A stretch of DNA of 58,883 nucleotides, the filler included, from Squatina squatina (lineage: Eukaryota): the NCBI GenBank assembly GCA_031763465.1. It is 3 parts of 3 records of this genome, joined end to end, with 100 filler letters (N's around TTAATTAATTAA, not from the genome) between each part and the next. Parts side by side here need not be neighbours in the genome. Positions count along the whole stretch, not along the records: positions 1 to 15,841 come from JARFOE010000235.1; 2 more parts are not named here. One strand, given 5' to 3'. The position numbers and the translations under genes were made by a program. The stretch's first letter is position 1; each line of letters starts with the position of its first letter. Below, piece by piece: positions 1 through 12,279 of this stretch. The notes beneath the pieces were generated by a model, which was not told the origin of the DNA, searched no databases, and saw only the letters and a program-made list of their open reading frames with translations.

Positions 1-125
1 CAAGGCTCATGAAGGCAAGGCCACCAATGGTGGAGCGATTAAAATCACGGATGCTCATAAGGCCAGAATTGGAGGAGCGCAGATATCTCGGGGGTTGTGG
101 AGCTGGAGGAGATTACAGAGATACC
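1..125. mobile_element. LINE (L2-like) fragment
   Basis: Resembles the stretch at about 52080-52300 (ccaatggtggagcga...gaggagcgcaga); family assigned from recall. Confidence 0.45.
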
Positions 126-278
126 CTAAAATGTAACCATCCCACCCCCATTCATAAGTAAAGATAGAATGGTAAACTGATAGCATATGAAGTTTGCTTA
201 AATGTTACCCATGTCGATGCAAATACTTTGTTTTTTCACCCTGGTCACTGGGAAATGTGCATAATGCAAAGAAGAAAT

Positions 279-284
279 ACTTAT
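279..284 (-). promoter_or_regulatory. AT-AC intron 5' splice site (ATAAGT)
   Basis: Minus strand reads AAG AAA AAG|ATAAGTATTT, the position of the AT-AC intron of human SCN4A (intron 21) and SCN5A (intron 25). Confidence 0.85.
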
Positions 285-422
285 CTTTTTCTTTTGTTGG
301 TTAAAATTGTCAATAATTACACCAATAAAGAGATTGAGGGTGAAGAATGCTCCGAAGATGATGAAGATGACAAAGTATATGTACATGTAGAGATTAATTT
401 CATAGGATGGCTGCTGTTGCAT
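285..422 (-). CDS. SCN4A: Nav exon: DIII S6 and start of DIII-DIV inactivation linker ([14 protein letters not shown]...NFNQQKKK)
   Basis: 138 bp; ctgcag|ATG acceptor; followed by the non-canonical donor ATAAGT (284-279). Confidence 0.96.
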
Positions 423-609
423 CTGCAGAGGAAAATAACCATTTGTTAACACTTCACAGAACCAATGCTTGTGGAATTAAAGACTTATTACCACAGAATA
501 TCAGTCAAANNNNNNNNNNNNNNNNNNNNNNNNNNNNNNNNNNNNNNNNNNNNNNNNNNNNNNNNNNNNNNNNNNNNNNNNNNNNNNNNNNNNNNNNNNN
601 NNNNNNNNN

Positions 610-2310
610 TCCCCTCTAAGGCAAATATATCCTTCCTTGGGTACAGAGACCAAAAAGATTACTCCATGTGTGGTCTCACCAACACCCTGTACAATTACAG
701 CAGGATTTCCTTACTCTTGTATTCCAAACCCCATGCAACAAAGGCCAACATACCATTTGCCTTTCTAATTGCTTGCTATGTCTGTATATGTTAACTTTCT
801 GTGATCCCTGTACAAAGACACCCAAATCCCTTTGAACGCCAACATTTAATAGTTTCTCACCATTTAAATATAATCTTTTTGCATTCTTCCTACGAAAGTG
901 AAGAACCTCACATTTTCACACATTATAGTCCATCTGCCAGCTTATTGCCCACTCAGTTAACCTGTCTCCATCCCTTTGCAGAATTTCTGTGTCCTCCTCA
1001 CAGCTTACTTTCTCACCTATCTTGGTATTATCAGCAAACTTGGATACATCACGCTCAGTCCTTTCATATAAGTCATTAATATAGATTGTAAATGTCTCAA
1101 GGCCCCAGCACTGATACTTGCGGCACTCCACTAGCAACAGCCTGCCAACCTGAAAATGACCTCTTTATTCCTATTCTCTGTTTTCTTTCCTATAACCAAT
1201 TCGCTAACCATGCAAATATATTACCCCTATCTCCATGAGTCCTTGTGCAACAACATTTACTGTGACACCTTATCAAATGCCTTTTGAAAATGCAAATGCA
1301 CTATATCCACTGATTTACCCTTTATCTGCCCTGCTACATCCTCAAAAAACTCTAATAGATTTGTCAAGCACAATTTCCCTTTCTTAAAACCATGTTTCCT
1401 CTACCTAATCATATTAAGATTTTCTAAATGCCCTGTTACCAATTCATTAATAATGGTTTCCAGCATTTTCCTGACAACTGATGTCAGGCTAACTGGCCTG
1501 GAGTTCCCTGTTTTTTCTCTCCCTCCTTTCTTGATTTGCAGTGTTACATTTGTTACCTTCCAATCCGCTGGGGCCATTCCAGAATCGAGGGAATTTTGGA
1601 AGTACAACAAATGATCTCTGCAGCCACCTCTTTTAGAACCCTAGGATGTAGGCCATCAGGTCGAGAGAATTTGTAAGCTTTTAGTCCCATTACTTTTTCT
1701 CTACTAATATTAATTACTTTAAGTTCCTCACTTTCATTAGACTTTTGGCTCCCCAGTATTTCTTTTGTGTGTTTTCTAGTGTGAAGACAGATACAAAATA
1801 TTTGTTTAACTTTTTTGCCATTTCCTGATTCCCCATTATAATTTCTCCTGTCGTAGCCTCTAATGGACCCACACTTACCTTCGCTACTCTCTTTTTTTAC
1901 ATACCTGTAGAAGCTCTTACATTCTGTTTTTATATTTCTTGTTAGTTTACTCCCATTTTTCCACTCTTCATCAATGTTTTGGTCATCCTTTGCTGGTTAC
2001 TACTCTTCTTGGCAACTTTATCAGCCTCATCTTTTAATCCAATACTGTCCTTAACCTCTTTAGTTAGCCGAGGATGGGTGACTTTTCCTGTGGATTCTTT
2101 ATTTCTCAATGCAATGTATATTTGTTGAGAATTATGAAATATTTCTTTAAATGTTCCCAATTGCTTACCTACCATCATACCTTTTAATAACATTTCTTAA
2201 TCTATTTTAGCCAACTTGTCTCTCATACCTAGGTAATGGGCTTTATTTAAGTTTAATACTCTAGTTTCAAACTGAAGCACTTCACTTTGACACTCAATGT
2301 AAAATTCTAT
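610..2310 (-). mobile_element. Degenerate CR1-type LINE, ORF2 (reverse transcriptase region)
   Basis: Minus-strand ORF pieces FQNSLDSGMAPADWKVTNV..KKGGREKTGNSRPVSLTSVV and FTIYINDL..SKFADNTKIG; frameshifted with stops. Confidence 0.9.
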
Positions 2311-2601
2311 TATAGTATGAGCACTCTTCCCCTGAGAATCCTAAAGTGTGAATATTGGCAGGTTATCTGACAATGAAGGATGGTCACAGCTGAAATAAAT
2401 CCTGTCCTCAGCCAATATTCATTCAAGCATACTGTCCAGCAGCGATGAGAACCAGGAACTCCTGCATGATTTTTTTCCCCCCTTTCAGTCAGAACCACCG
2501 AGGCCAACTAGACTGCTCCAACTGCCACCCTGACTGAGAGTTATTGCCGATGCAAACATTAAAATAAGTAAATCATCTGTTGCCAGTAACATATCACTTA
2601 C

Positions 2602-2886
2602 CACCTGAAGCAAGGAAAGATATCCTTGACCAACATTGTCAAAGTTGACTTTCAAGTTGACCCATCGCACTTCATCGGGGTACGCTGAGATGTATGCTTC
2701 GCAATCAGTCCGGTTATTTATGAAATCGATGGGATACAGATCAGAGGTTGTGGTGTTTATGCACTTGAAAAACTTTCCAGCAAACAAGTTGACTCCCATT
2801 ATACTGAAAATCAGCCAGAAGATGAGACAGACTAATAGCACATTCATGATGGATGGGATGGCACCAAGTAGTGCATTAACAACCAC
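2602..2886 (-). CDS. SCN4A: Nav exon: DIII S4-S5 linker, S5, turret and P1 helix ([16 protein letters not shown]...GYLSLLQV)
   Basis: 285 bp; ttttag|GTG acceptor; GTG|gtaagt donor. Confidence 0.97.
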
Positions 2887-3248
2887 CTAAAAAGGCACAA
2901 TACAAGCAATTAGTGACACCTAACCAAGTCCCCCAAAAATGCACAGATATGAAAATGTTTGCTTGTTCTTTTGATATTACATAGTATTACATATTACATA
3001 CAACTCAGAAACAGGCCACTCAGCCCGACAGGTCTATGCTGGTGTTTATTCTCCACACAAACCTCCTCACACCCTATCAACATATCCATCTATTCCTTTC
3101 TCCTTCCTGTATGTTTCTAACCTCCCTTTAAATGCATCTATTCATGCCNNNNNNNNNNNNNNNNNNNNNNNNNNNNNNNNNNNNNNNNNNNNNNNNNNNN
3201 NNNNNNNNNNNNNNNNNNNNNNNNNNNNNNNNNNNNNNNNNNNNNNNN

Positions 3249-3619
3249 ATGGGGACGTGAACAGTCAAGTGAGCGTTGGCCAAGAGGCCCACGTGGTCTG
3301 CTTTATCTGGAAGGTATTTCCCTTTTCTCGTGCTAACCCCATCAAGTTTAGAGCTCTCCTCTTTTCCAGTCTCTAACTCTGTGTGATTAAAATCAAGGGC
3401 CCCAGTTTTTAAAGGAGACAAGTCATCCAGTTGTTTCTCTTCCTGCTCATTTTTATTTCTTCGAAAGATGCCGAGAACAAAGCCTTTCACAAAGTCTATG
3501 GCTCTGGTGATCCTGTTGATTGCGATTTGTAAGTTGTTCATTTCTGTGTCGTCGTCAGATGCCGAGAGGTTATCTGCGCTGAAGGAGCTCAACAGCAAGG
3601 CCAGGAAGAGGTTAAGCAC
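3249..3619 (-). CDS. SCN4A: Nav exon (3' end lost in gap): end of DII S6 and DII-DIII linker ([18 protein letters not shown]...LTVHVPI)
   Basis: ctgcag|GTG acceptor at 3620/3619; ORF 3128..3619; truncated by the gap inside the ankyrin-binding VPIAxxESD motif (VPI visible). Confidence 0.94.
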
Positions 3620-4118
3620 CTGCAGACAAACATTTAGCCATCAGCGATCAGAGAATTATCATTAATATATACAGGGGGGAAAGGATGGTTGCTGTATTGC
3701 ATTGAAAATCCTAGGGATTGAAAATGTAACTTTTGCTGTATCATCACTCTAACTTTCTCTCGAAACCAAGCAATGTTTCCCCACTCCTCTGACAGCAGCG
3801 TACCAAGGAATGGACAAGGATGATTAATAACATTCTTTTTCCCTGAGGGAAATCTGTTTCTTTCCAATGGNNNNNNNNNNNNNNNNNNNNNNNNNNNNNN
3901 NNNNNNNNNNNNNNNNNNNNNNNNNNNNNNNNNNNNNNNNNNNNNNNNNNNNNNNNNNNNNNNNNNNNNNACCTGCTGAGTATTTCCAGCATTTTTTGTT
4001 TATTTTCTAGGTTCCAGCATCCGCAGTATTTCGCCTCTATATACAACATCAAAAGGTAGCTTGAAATGCTCCACCCGATTGAAGCAATGGAGAGATTAGG
4101 GTGGAGAGAAAGACTTAC

Positions 4119-4475
4119 CACCAGGTTGCCGATCACCATGACCATCATGAAAACGATGAGGCACATGGGCTGTCCCGCCACCTCCATGCAATCCCACATT
4201 GTCTCGATCCATTCTCCACAAAGGATGCGGAACACAATCAGAAACGAGTGGAAGAAGTCAGTCATGTGCCAGCGGTGGAGTATGCAGTCGGACGCAATCT
4301 TGCAAACACACTGCTTGTACATCTTGCCAAAGATCTGCATTCCGACCACAGCGAAGATGAAGTCGATAATGGCCAGGACCAGCGTCAGATTCCCCAGTGC
4401 ACCCACTGAGTTACCAATGATCTTAATCAGCATGTTCAGAGTTGGCCAAGATTTTGCAAGTTTGAAAACTCTCAG
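4119..4475 (-). CDS. SCN4A: Nav exon: DII S4-S5, pore loop (E of DEKA in CGEWIE) and S6
   Basis: 357 bp; ttccag|CTG acceptor; GTG|gtaagt donor; [30 protein letters not shown]...[18 protein letters not shown]. Confidence 0.97.
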
Positions 4476-5673
4476 CTGGAAATAGGAGAGAAAGGCAAAT
4501 ATAGTCCAATTTTGTACACTTATTACAGCAATAACAGATTTACAGATAGCAACTAAGAATGTATTTGAAACTAAGTATCAGAACCTGAATGAAGAAATCT
4601 TTGCTGGATTCTTGTAAAAACTTTTGTACAATTCCTACATTTCAACATGAATCCAATTATTTCTAAATTTAGGCTTTTATTACTTGCTCTAGATTAATTG
4701 AAAATTGAGTTCAGACTGACTTATACTTTGAGCCCTATTATTACAGCAGATAGAGAGAAAGAAGCATCTCACCCTACCTGGATTGGATTCACATCTGAAT
4801 CCCAGAGCTGTGTATCAGGGTTTTGGGTGTGGAGGCCTGCAGTTGCCTCTGGGCCCGATGTGTCTAACGTTGTTAATCTGTATACAGTGCTTTACATTTG
4901 TACACTAAATGTGCTCAGGGCTGGTTACAGTAAATTTAATTAAAAATAGGGGGCTCCCGATAGTAACATAGGACAGAATTTTTATTTTGGACCTACCTGG
5001 AGTGGGGTGGGGGCCCAGTAGCGCGAGTGAAACCCGGCAGACCAAGTTTTCCCACATGCTGTGGTGTTTTAACTTTACAGCGTGTGATGTGGCAGTCTAA
5101 AAGATCAGGGGATGGCTTGACAGTGCTCAAAGTATTAATGTAGTGAGAACTTGTGATTAGTACCTGTGTGAGTCTCTGTAAACTTTAAATGTACATTATG
5201 GGTATGTTTGAAGTTAAGTCAGCAACTGGCTACCACTGCTGCCAAGCATGATGGGAAGCTTGGCCACATAAATGAGCTAAAAGGGTAAAAGTAGTGCATC
5301 AGCAGTTTGTGGATGGAAACAAGTTTGTCAAGAAACCCTGAAGCTGGAACAATGAGGAAGATAAGGGGAATTGAAGGCCAGATAAGGCGGATGGGAGAGC
5401 CACAGAAAGGGGCCTTAAGAATGAGACAATTCAGATAAGCAAGACACATTTGTTAAGGCCTACGTCATCGTTATGAAAAAGACATCTATGTAACCATCGG
5501 CCAATCAGGTGGACAAAAAGGTCCATTAGCAACTGTCTGTAGCAGTCATGCATAAAAACTGATGTAATTGTTAAATCGGAGAGAGACTTTGATAAGCCGA
5601 GGGCTCTCCCAGCATGCTTGGTTAAATGAAGTTTCTCTAGTTTCAGTTCACTCCATGTGGTGATTTTCCACAA

Positions 5674-6296
5674 CACGTTGCATTAAGAGTCCCGTAAGAA
5701 AATCCTGGGAGGTTCCGCAACAAGAAGGGATATCACTCCTTGAATGTCCAGTTGGTATGCGACCATAAATGAAGAATTATGGCCATATATACCTGCTATC
5801 TGGACAGCAGCCACAATGCCTTCATCTTGAGGCAGAGTGGGCTGACAGATCTGTTCCAGCCACCAAATAATGCTGCCGGATGGATCCGCAGTGACAAGGG
5901 CTACGCTTTGGAAACCTGGCTGATGACGCCCCTCCACAACCCTAACACTCCTGCCCAGCACTCATACAACGAGAGCCATAGCGCGACGAGAAACATCATC
6001 AAGCAGACAATAGGATGGCTCAAGCAGAGGTTCTGCTGTCTTGACCAGTTGGGTGGGTCCCTTCAGTACTTTCCTCAGTGGGTCTCCATTTTCGTGGTGC
6101 ACACCCTTGCCATCATGAGGGCACAGCCTCTCGATCCAGACATGCCAGCTGGAGCTGAGGAGGGTGAAGGTGAGGAGCGCCCGGAGCAGTCTCCTCATAA
6201 GCAGCGGCACCATCAGGACGAGGAGCAGCAGCAACTTCGATGGAGGAGGTGCAAAATCCGCCTGGACCCTGACAGAGAAGCACACGACAACCTCAT
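5674..6296 (+). mobile_element. Dead PIF/Harbinger (HARBI1-like DDE) transposase, C-terminal half, in an SCN4A intron
   Basis: HVALRVP*ENPGRFRNKKGYHSLNVQLVCDHK*...SSHNAFIL...GWIRSDKGY..TWLMTPL..YNESHSATRNIIKQTIGWLKQRF; in-frame stops; catalytic E appears as K. Confidence 0.9.
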
Positions 6297-6396
6297 NNNN
6301 NNNNNNNNNNNNNNNNNNNNNNNNNNNNNNNNNNNNNNNNNNNNNNNNNNNNNNNNNNNNNNNNNNNNNNNNNNNNNNNNNNNNNNNNNNNNNNNN

Positions 6397-6922
<526 letters not shown>

Positions 6923-8358
6923 TCAGGAAAAAAACGTACTTTAGTCTCTATCGCTGGCTTAAAGATACAAGCTACAGAACCTAACACCCCATAGATCCTG
7001 ACGTCCCACAGAACCTAATGCCTCACTGAACCACTTGTATGCCTTGCGCCCATTTATTAGGCCTAAAATGGCACAATGCACACCAATTTAGCAGCGGGAT
7101 AGCCTATGCCGAATCTGCACAGGTGTTGATCCCACTGCTCAATTCATTGGGACTTATAAGCGGGTTGGGTTCCTTACATATGTAAATTAGGGGCCTAATG
7201 CCTTTTGAAGGACCCTGTCGATAAATCAGTCAGTTGCACCTGTCCCACTTAGGATTCTTCAGCAGCCCCATTGACAGGCAAGTTGAAATGTTTTTTTTTT
7301 GGAGAAGTGTAGATGTAAAACGCCACAATTGTATTAAAGGAAGAGTTAACACTGATGCGTTGTCAGAATTCGAGGAGGAGGTCACAGGTTTTGCAATAAC
7401 ATCACTATATTTATTTTTGTTTGCTGTACAAAATGTCTTCAACCAGGAGCCTCACTCTTTGTATTCTAGTGAAATACTGGCTGAAATCTGGAGCTCTTCA
7501 CTCCCTGAGCAGCTTCGAAGTTAAACCGGTTCGAGGCCACAGAGGTGCAGATTCATGTCTGTGATTTTCCACACACCGAGTCCCTGGAGTCACTAGAGCT
7601 TTTCTGAGGTGCCTCAAATTGAGAGCAGTGTTTTTATTCTCTGGGAAGTCGGGAAATTGAAAATTAATCTGACATCGAGAACCTTCTGGTAGTCAGCAAC
7701 ATTACTACAGAGGTCTTTTTAAGATTATGAAAAGGTTTGATAGGTTAGATGTTTCCACATGTGGGGAAGTGCAAAACTAGTGGCCATAATTATAACANNN
7801 NNNNNNNNNNNNNNNNNNNNNNNNNNNNNNNNNNNNNNNNNNNNNNNNNNNNNNNNNNNNNNNNNNNNNNNNNNNNNNNNNNNNNNNNNNNNNNNNNNNN
7901 NNNNNNNNNNNNNNNNNNNNNNNNNNNNNNNNNNNNNNNNNNNNNNNNNNNNNNNNNNNNNNNNNNNNNNNNNNNNNNNNNNNNNNNNNNNNNNNNNNNN
8001 NNNNNNNNNNNNNNNNNNNNNNNNNNNNNNNNNNNNNNNNNNNNNNNNNNNNNNNNNNNNNNNNNNNNNNNNNNNNNNNNNNNNNNNNNNNNNNNNNNNN
8101 NNNNNNNNNNNNNNNNNNNNNNNNNNNNNNNNNNNNNNNNNNNNNNNNNNNNNNNNNNNNNNNNNNNNNNNNNNNNNNNNNNNNNNNNNNNNNNNNNNNN
8201 NNNNNNNNNNNNNNNNNNNNNNNNNNNNNNNNNNNNNNNNNNNNNNNNNNNNNNNNNNNNNNNNNNNNNNNNNNNNNNNNNNNNNNNNNNNNNNNNNTAG
8301 ACATACATGAACCAACAATTGTGGTGGGGGCTGGGGCTGGGGAAGTCGAAATACTCAC

Positions 8359-8597
8359 CAGAGTCCCCACATACAGCATATCTGCCAAACCTTCAGTCAT
8401 GGGATAAGGCTCCATAGCCATAAAGAGAGTGTTCAGCACAATGCAAATAGTGATACCCAGATCCACAAATGGGTCCATCACAATAAACTTCATGAGTTCT
8501 TTGAATTTCACCCACAGCTCACAACAATCCCAGATTAGAAATATGTTGGCAAACTCGTACCACCAGGGAGGGCAACTCTGCTGTGCCTCTTCCAACT
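8359..8597 (-). CDS. SCN4A: Nav exon: end of DI-DII linker, DII S1 and start of S2 ([14 protein letters not shown]...VGTL)
   Basis: 239 bp; ctgcag|AG acceptor; CTG|gtgagt donor. Confidence 0.95.
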
Positions 8598-9104
8598 CTG
8601 CAGAATATAAATGACAAGGAATTATTTTTGTTATACGTGCAACCTCCTGTATCTTCTTGGAGTGGCTGCACGACTGTTGTATCTGCATGCAGGTAGATAG
8701 ATAGATAATTGTTGCCCCAATACTCTCCATTTAATGCAGGGCTGTAAGATGTGGAGGAATTCTAGTCTCGGAACTTAATTCACTGGGACCTCCCATCGGG
8801 CCATCAGGTGAGCTCTCTCCACAATTGCGCATCAACTAAAACTAATATTGCAACGGGAGTAGGCCATTCCACCCTTCGAGCCTGTTCCGTTAATCAGTTA
8901 GACCATGGATAATCTTTGCCTCAACTCTATTTACCCACTTTTGCTCCATTCCCATAGCAAAAATCTATTGATTGCTTAAAAATTTAAATTCATTAAACAT
9001 CCAGAGCCTTTTGGGTGAGAGAGTTCCAGATTTCCACTACATTTTGTGTGAAAAAATGCTTCCTGATTTTACCCCTAAATGGCCCAGTTCTAATTATATT
9101 AGGC

Positions 9105-9288
9105 TCCCGACCTCATTACAGCCTTGGTCCAAACATGGACAAAAGAGCTGAATTCCAGAGGTGTGGCGAGATTGACTGCCCTCAACATCAAGGCAGCATT
9201 TGACCGAGTGTGCCATCAAGGAGCCCTCATAAAACTGAGGTCAATGGGAATCAGGGGAAAAACTCTCTACTGGTTGGAGTCATAACTA
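9105..9288 (+). mobile_element. Non-LTR retrotransposon RT fragment (second LINE family)
   Basis: PDLITALVQTWTKELNSRGVARLTALNIKAAFDRVCHQGALIKLRSMGIRGKTLYWLES* (D-x-x-x-AFD RT motif, first D read as N); a probable related 3' piece at about 10780-10895. Confidence 0.8.
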
Positions 9289-9624
9289 NNNNNNNNNNNN
9301 NNNNNNNNNNNNNNNNNNNNNNNNNNNNNNNNNNNNNNNNNNNNNNNNNNNNNNNNNNNNNNNNNNNNNNNNNNNNNNNNNNNNNNNNTTATGTTCTTAG
9401 AAATGCTGGCCTTGCCTGCAATGCCCACATCCCGTGAATGAAAAAAAATGCTTCCTTACACTTCAGTTAGTCAGTAAAAAATGAAATTCAGCTGGAAAAG
9501 TTCCACAGAACTGCAAAGGAGAGAGGAGATGGGATACAATAGCACTAAAAACAAGAAACATTAAAAATGTTTAAAATTGGCCTTGTATATACTGAAGATA
9601 TACTACACCTCATGTTAATCCCAA

Positions 9625-9960
9625 GCAGCCATAGAATTTTACAACACTGAAGGAGGACATTCGGCCCATCATGTTAGCTTTATGAAAGAGCTGTGCAATT
9701 AGTCCCACTCCCCTGCTCTTAACCCATACCCGTGCAAACATGTTCCTTTTGAAGTATATATCCAATTCTCTTTTAAAAGTTACTATTGAAACTCCTTCCA
9801 CTGCCCTTTCAGGCAGCGCATTCCAGATCACAACAACTCGCTAAGTAAACAAATTTCTCCTTATCTCCCCTCTAGTTCTTTTGCAAATTAACTTGAATTT
9901 GTGCCCTCTGGTTACCGAACCTCCTAGTTTCTCTTTATTTACTTTATCTAAACATCTCAT
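9625..9960 (-). mobile_element. CR1 LINE 3' end
   Basis: Reverse complement of the tail at 6397-6728; ORF MIWNALPERAVEGVSIVTFKRELD. Confidence 0.8.
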
Positions 9961-10303
9961 CCAAAAGGCAGCACAAGATTACATTTTTCATTTTTTTTTT
10001 TAAATTTGTTTGATAATGCAAAGTACTGATGGATGTTTCTGCAGAACTAGACTTGCGCATTGACTGTTTCTTTAAAGAGGTACAGTCTTGGTGCAAACCA
10101 CAGTTACAACATTATCTGAAATCCTTCCAAACACTTTCCCAGCCACCACTGTACCCTCTGTGCAATTCTGCAATTGCCATTATTACCTAGCCGTCATGTT
10201 CCTGAAACATACATCTGACCCAGACTCTGTGACACGAACTGGGTCTGAAAAGTACAATTTTTTTTTAAAAAACGACGTCTTTGTTCATGTCTACTTTGCT
10301 TAC

Positions 10304-10543
10304 AACAACAGATGGTACAACACTGCCATTGGGTGCTGGGCCACTTTCGCCATCTTGTGAAACAACTCCATTATTGGCAATGGTGACCAGTGGTTTGATG
10401 TGCGGAGCGGCCAGTGATCCACGTCGACTCTCGCCTTCCTCTCCCGTGCCATGCTCATCCTCAGCGGGATCATTGTCTTTCTTCCGTACTCTGTTACTTG
10501 CCAATGAGTAGTGGCTGCCATGGTGGTCTTTGCCAGAATGTAA
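10304..10543 (-). CDS. SCN4A: Nav exon: DI-DII cytoplasmic linker (LHSGKDHHGSHYSLASNRVRKKDNDPAEDEHGTGEEGESRRGSL...NNGVVS...)
   Basis: Pyrimidine tract plus cccag|TTA acceptor at 10544/10543; candidate donor GTT|gtaagc at 10304/10303, although the frame stays open to 10268. Motifs resemble ADDEHS..ESRRGSL and DCNGVVS of other Nav linkers. Confidence 0.75.
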
Positions 10544-11877
10544 CTGGGTGGGGGAGGAGGAAGGGAAAATACATATACTTTAACGTATTAACAATATAGA
10601 AGTTTAAATTATTTTTGGCTTCTTTTGTGCCCCATAAAGTGATGGCTTGCAGTGCTGAGGATGGAATATATTTCCACTTTTACTCCCATGTCGGGTTTGC
10701 CAAGGAGAGATACAGAATGACCGTCTGCTTCTTCTGCCTCAACAAGGCGCCTCCACCGCAATCTGTGAAGGCCCCCATTGCACCAGTGTTAATTTTAACA
10801 TTTCTCACATCGGCAGCTCCTCCCAAGCCTGCGACCGCTAGCACCTAGAAGGACAAGGGCGGCAGATGCACGGCAGCACCATCACCTGCAAGTTCNNNNN
10901 NNNNNNNNNNNNNNNNNNNNNNNNNNNNNNNNNNNNNNNNNNNNNNNNNNNNNNNNNNNNNNNNNNNNNNNNNNNNNNNNNNNNNNNNNNNNNNNTTTGC
11001 TATGATGCCTCGTGCAGTCGAATAACCAGTCGATTCACACTTTCTCGGCTCCCACGTGAACAATGGCCACTTTGAAGAGGTGCCAGAAGGCTGCTGGTAA
11101 CCATGGCAACCTATCCCATCATACGTCAGTACCCTCAGGGGAAGGAGGAGAAAACTTAGGAATGCAATATAGAAAGTGGCGCTTTGCAGTTTGCCAGGTT
11201 GCTCGCTGCCAATTCCGCACAGGCAGCTTTTTAGATAAACTTTCATTGCACTTCGTTCACACAGAAGAGAGATACACCAAACGAGGGTCATACCTGGGGG
11301 TCGTGCTGTGAATATGCAGCCAGTCCCTCCACACGTTGCTGTTCCTGCATTGCTGCCCTCTGCCTGGATTGCTGAAGATGCACATTCCCGATAACTGGCT
11401 GATGCACGGCGAGTCTTCAGCTCCCAGCCTCCAGCTTGTGGCTGTTCTTCAAATAAATTAATTTACTGGATGTGCACAGAGGCAGCTCATTTACATCAGA
11501 GGCAGATTAGCTCCTGATTTGGGGTTTTCAAGGAGCTGCTCAACAGTCTTATTCCTATTCAGTTCTAATTAAACCAGCACAATGCCCTGTCACTGGCTTA
11601 CTGAATTGATCCATTATAAAAACTACATAAACCATCAACAAAGTGCAATTCACTGTCGGTCAGTACAAAAATGTACCAAATACTGAATAAAGCATTTGAA
11701 ACAGGGGCTTCAGGATGGTGCAGCTAGTTAAAGCAGTGAGTGACTGAGCTGTATAAAGCAGGAATGTCTCACATTGAACCTATAACCTGTGCTGACTAAA
11801 GTAAAATACTGTGGATGCTGGCAATTGGAAATAAAAATAGAAAATATTGGAACAGCTCAGTAGGTCAGAAGCCTGCA

Positions 11878-12246
11878 CTAATAATCCCAAGAATGTGAGT
11901 TCAAATCCCACTTATGGCAGTTTGAGAATTTGAATTTAGTAAACAAAATCTAGAAATAAAAAGCTGGAATCAGTAATAGTGTCTGTGAAGTTGCCAGATT
12001 GTTGTATAAAACCCAACTGGTTTACTGATGGCGTTTAGAGAAGGAAATCTACCATCCTTACCGAGTCTAGTCTATATGTGGCTTCAGTGCCACACCAATG
12101 TAGTTGACTCTGGAGTCACTGAGTAAGGATCTCAGTTGTATCAACTGCTACAAAGTAGACAGCCTACCACCACCTTCTCAAGGCATATAGCAATGAGCAA
12201 TAAATGTCAGCAACACCCACATCCTGAGAATGAACAAATAAATAAA
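11878..12246 (+). mobile_element. tRNA-derived SINE with LINE-derived tail
   Basis: B-box-like gagttcaaatccc near the 5' end; 3' tail cccacatcctgagaatgaac-A-rich, shared with 9400-9448. Confidence 0.6.
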
Positions 12247-12279
12247 TACAGGAAATAAATGTAAATGTCTCTCACATAC

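Noticed and set aside
2636-4485. Plus-strand ORFs 2636..2890, 4066..4485 and 4101..4409 as antisense genes
   Set aside because: Shadows of the minus-strand Nav exons.
5350-5660. Possible Penelope-like RT relic on the minus strand (VFMHDCYRQLL, GYIDVFFI)
   Set aside because: Motifs are in different frames and too degenerate to support without a profile search.
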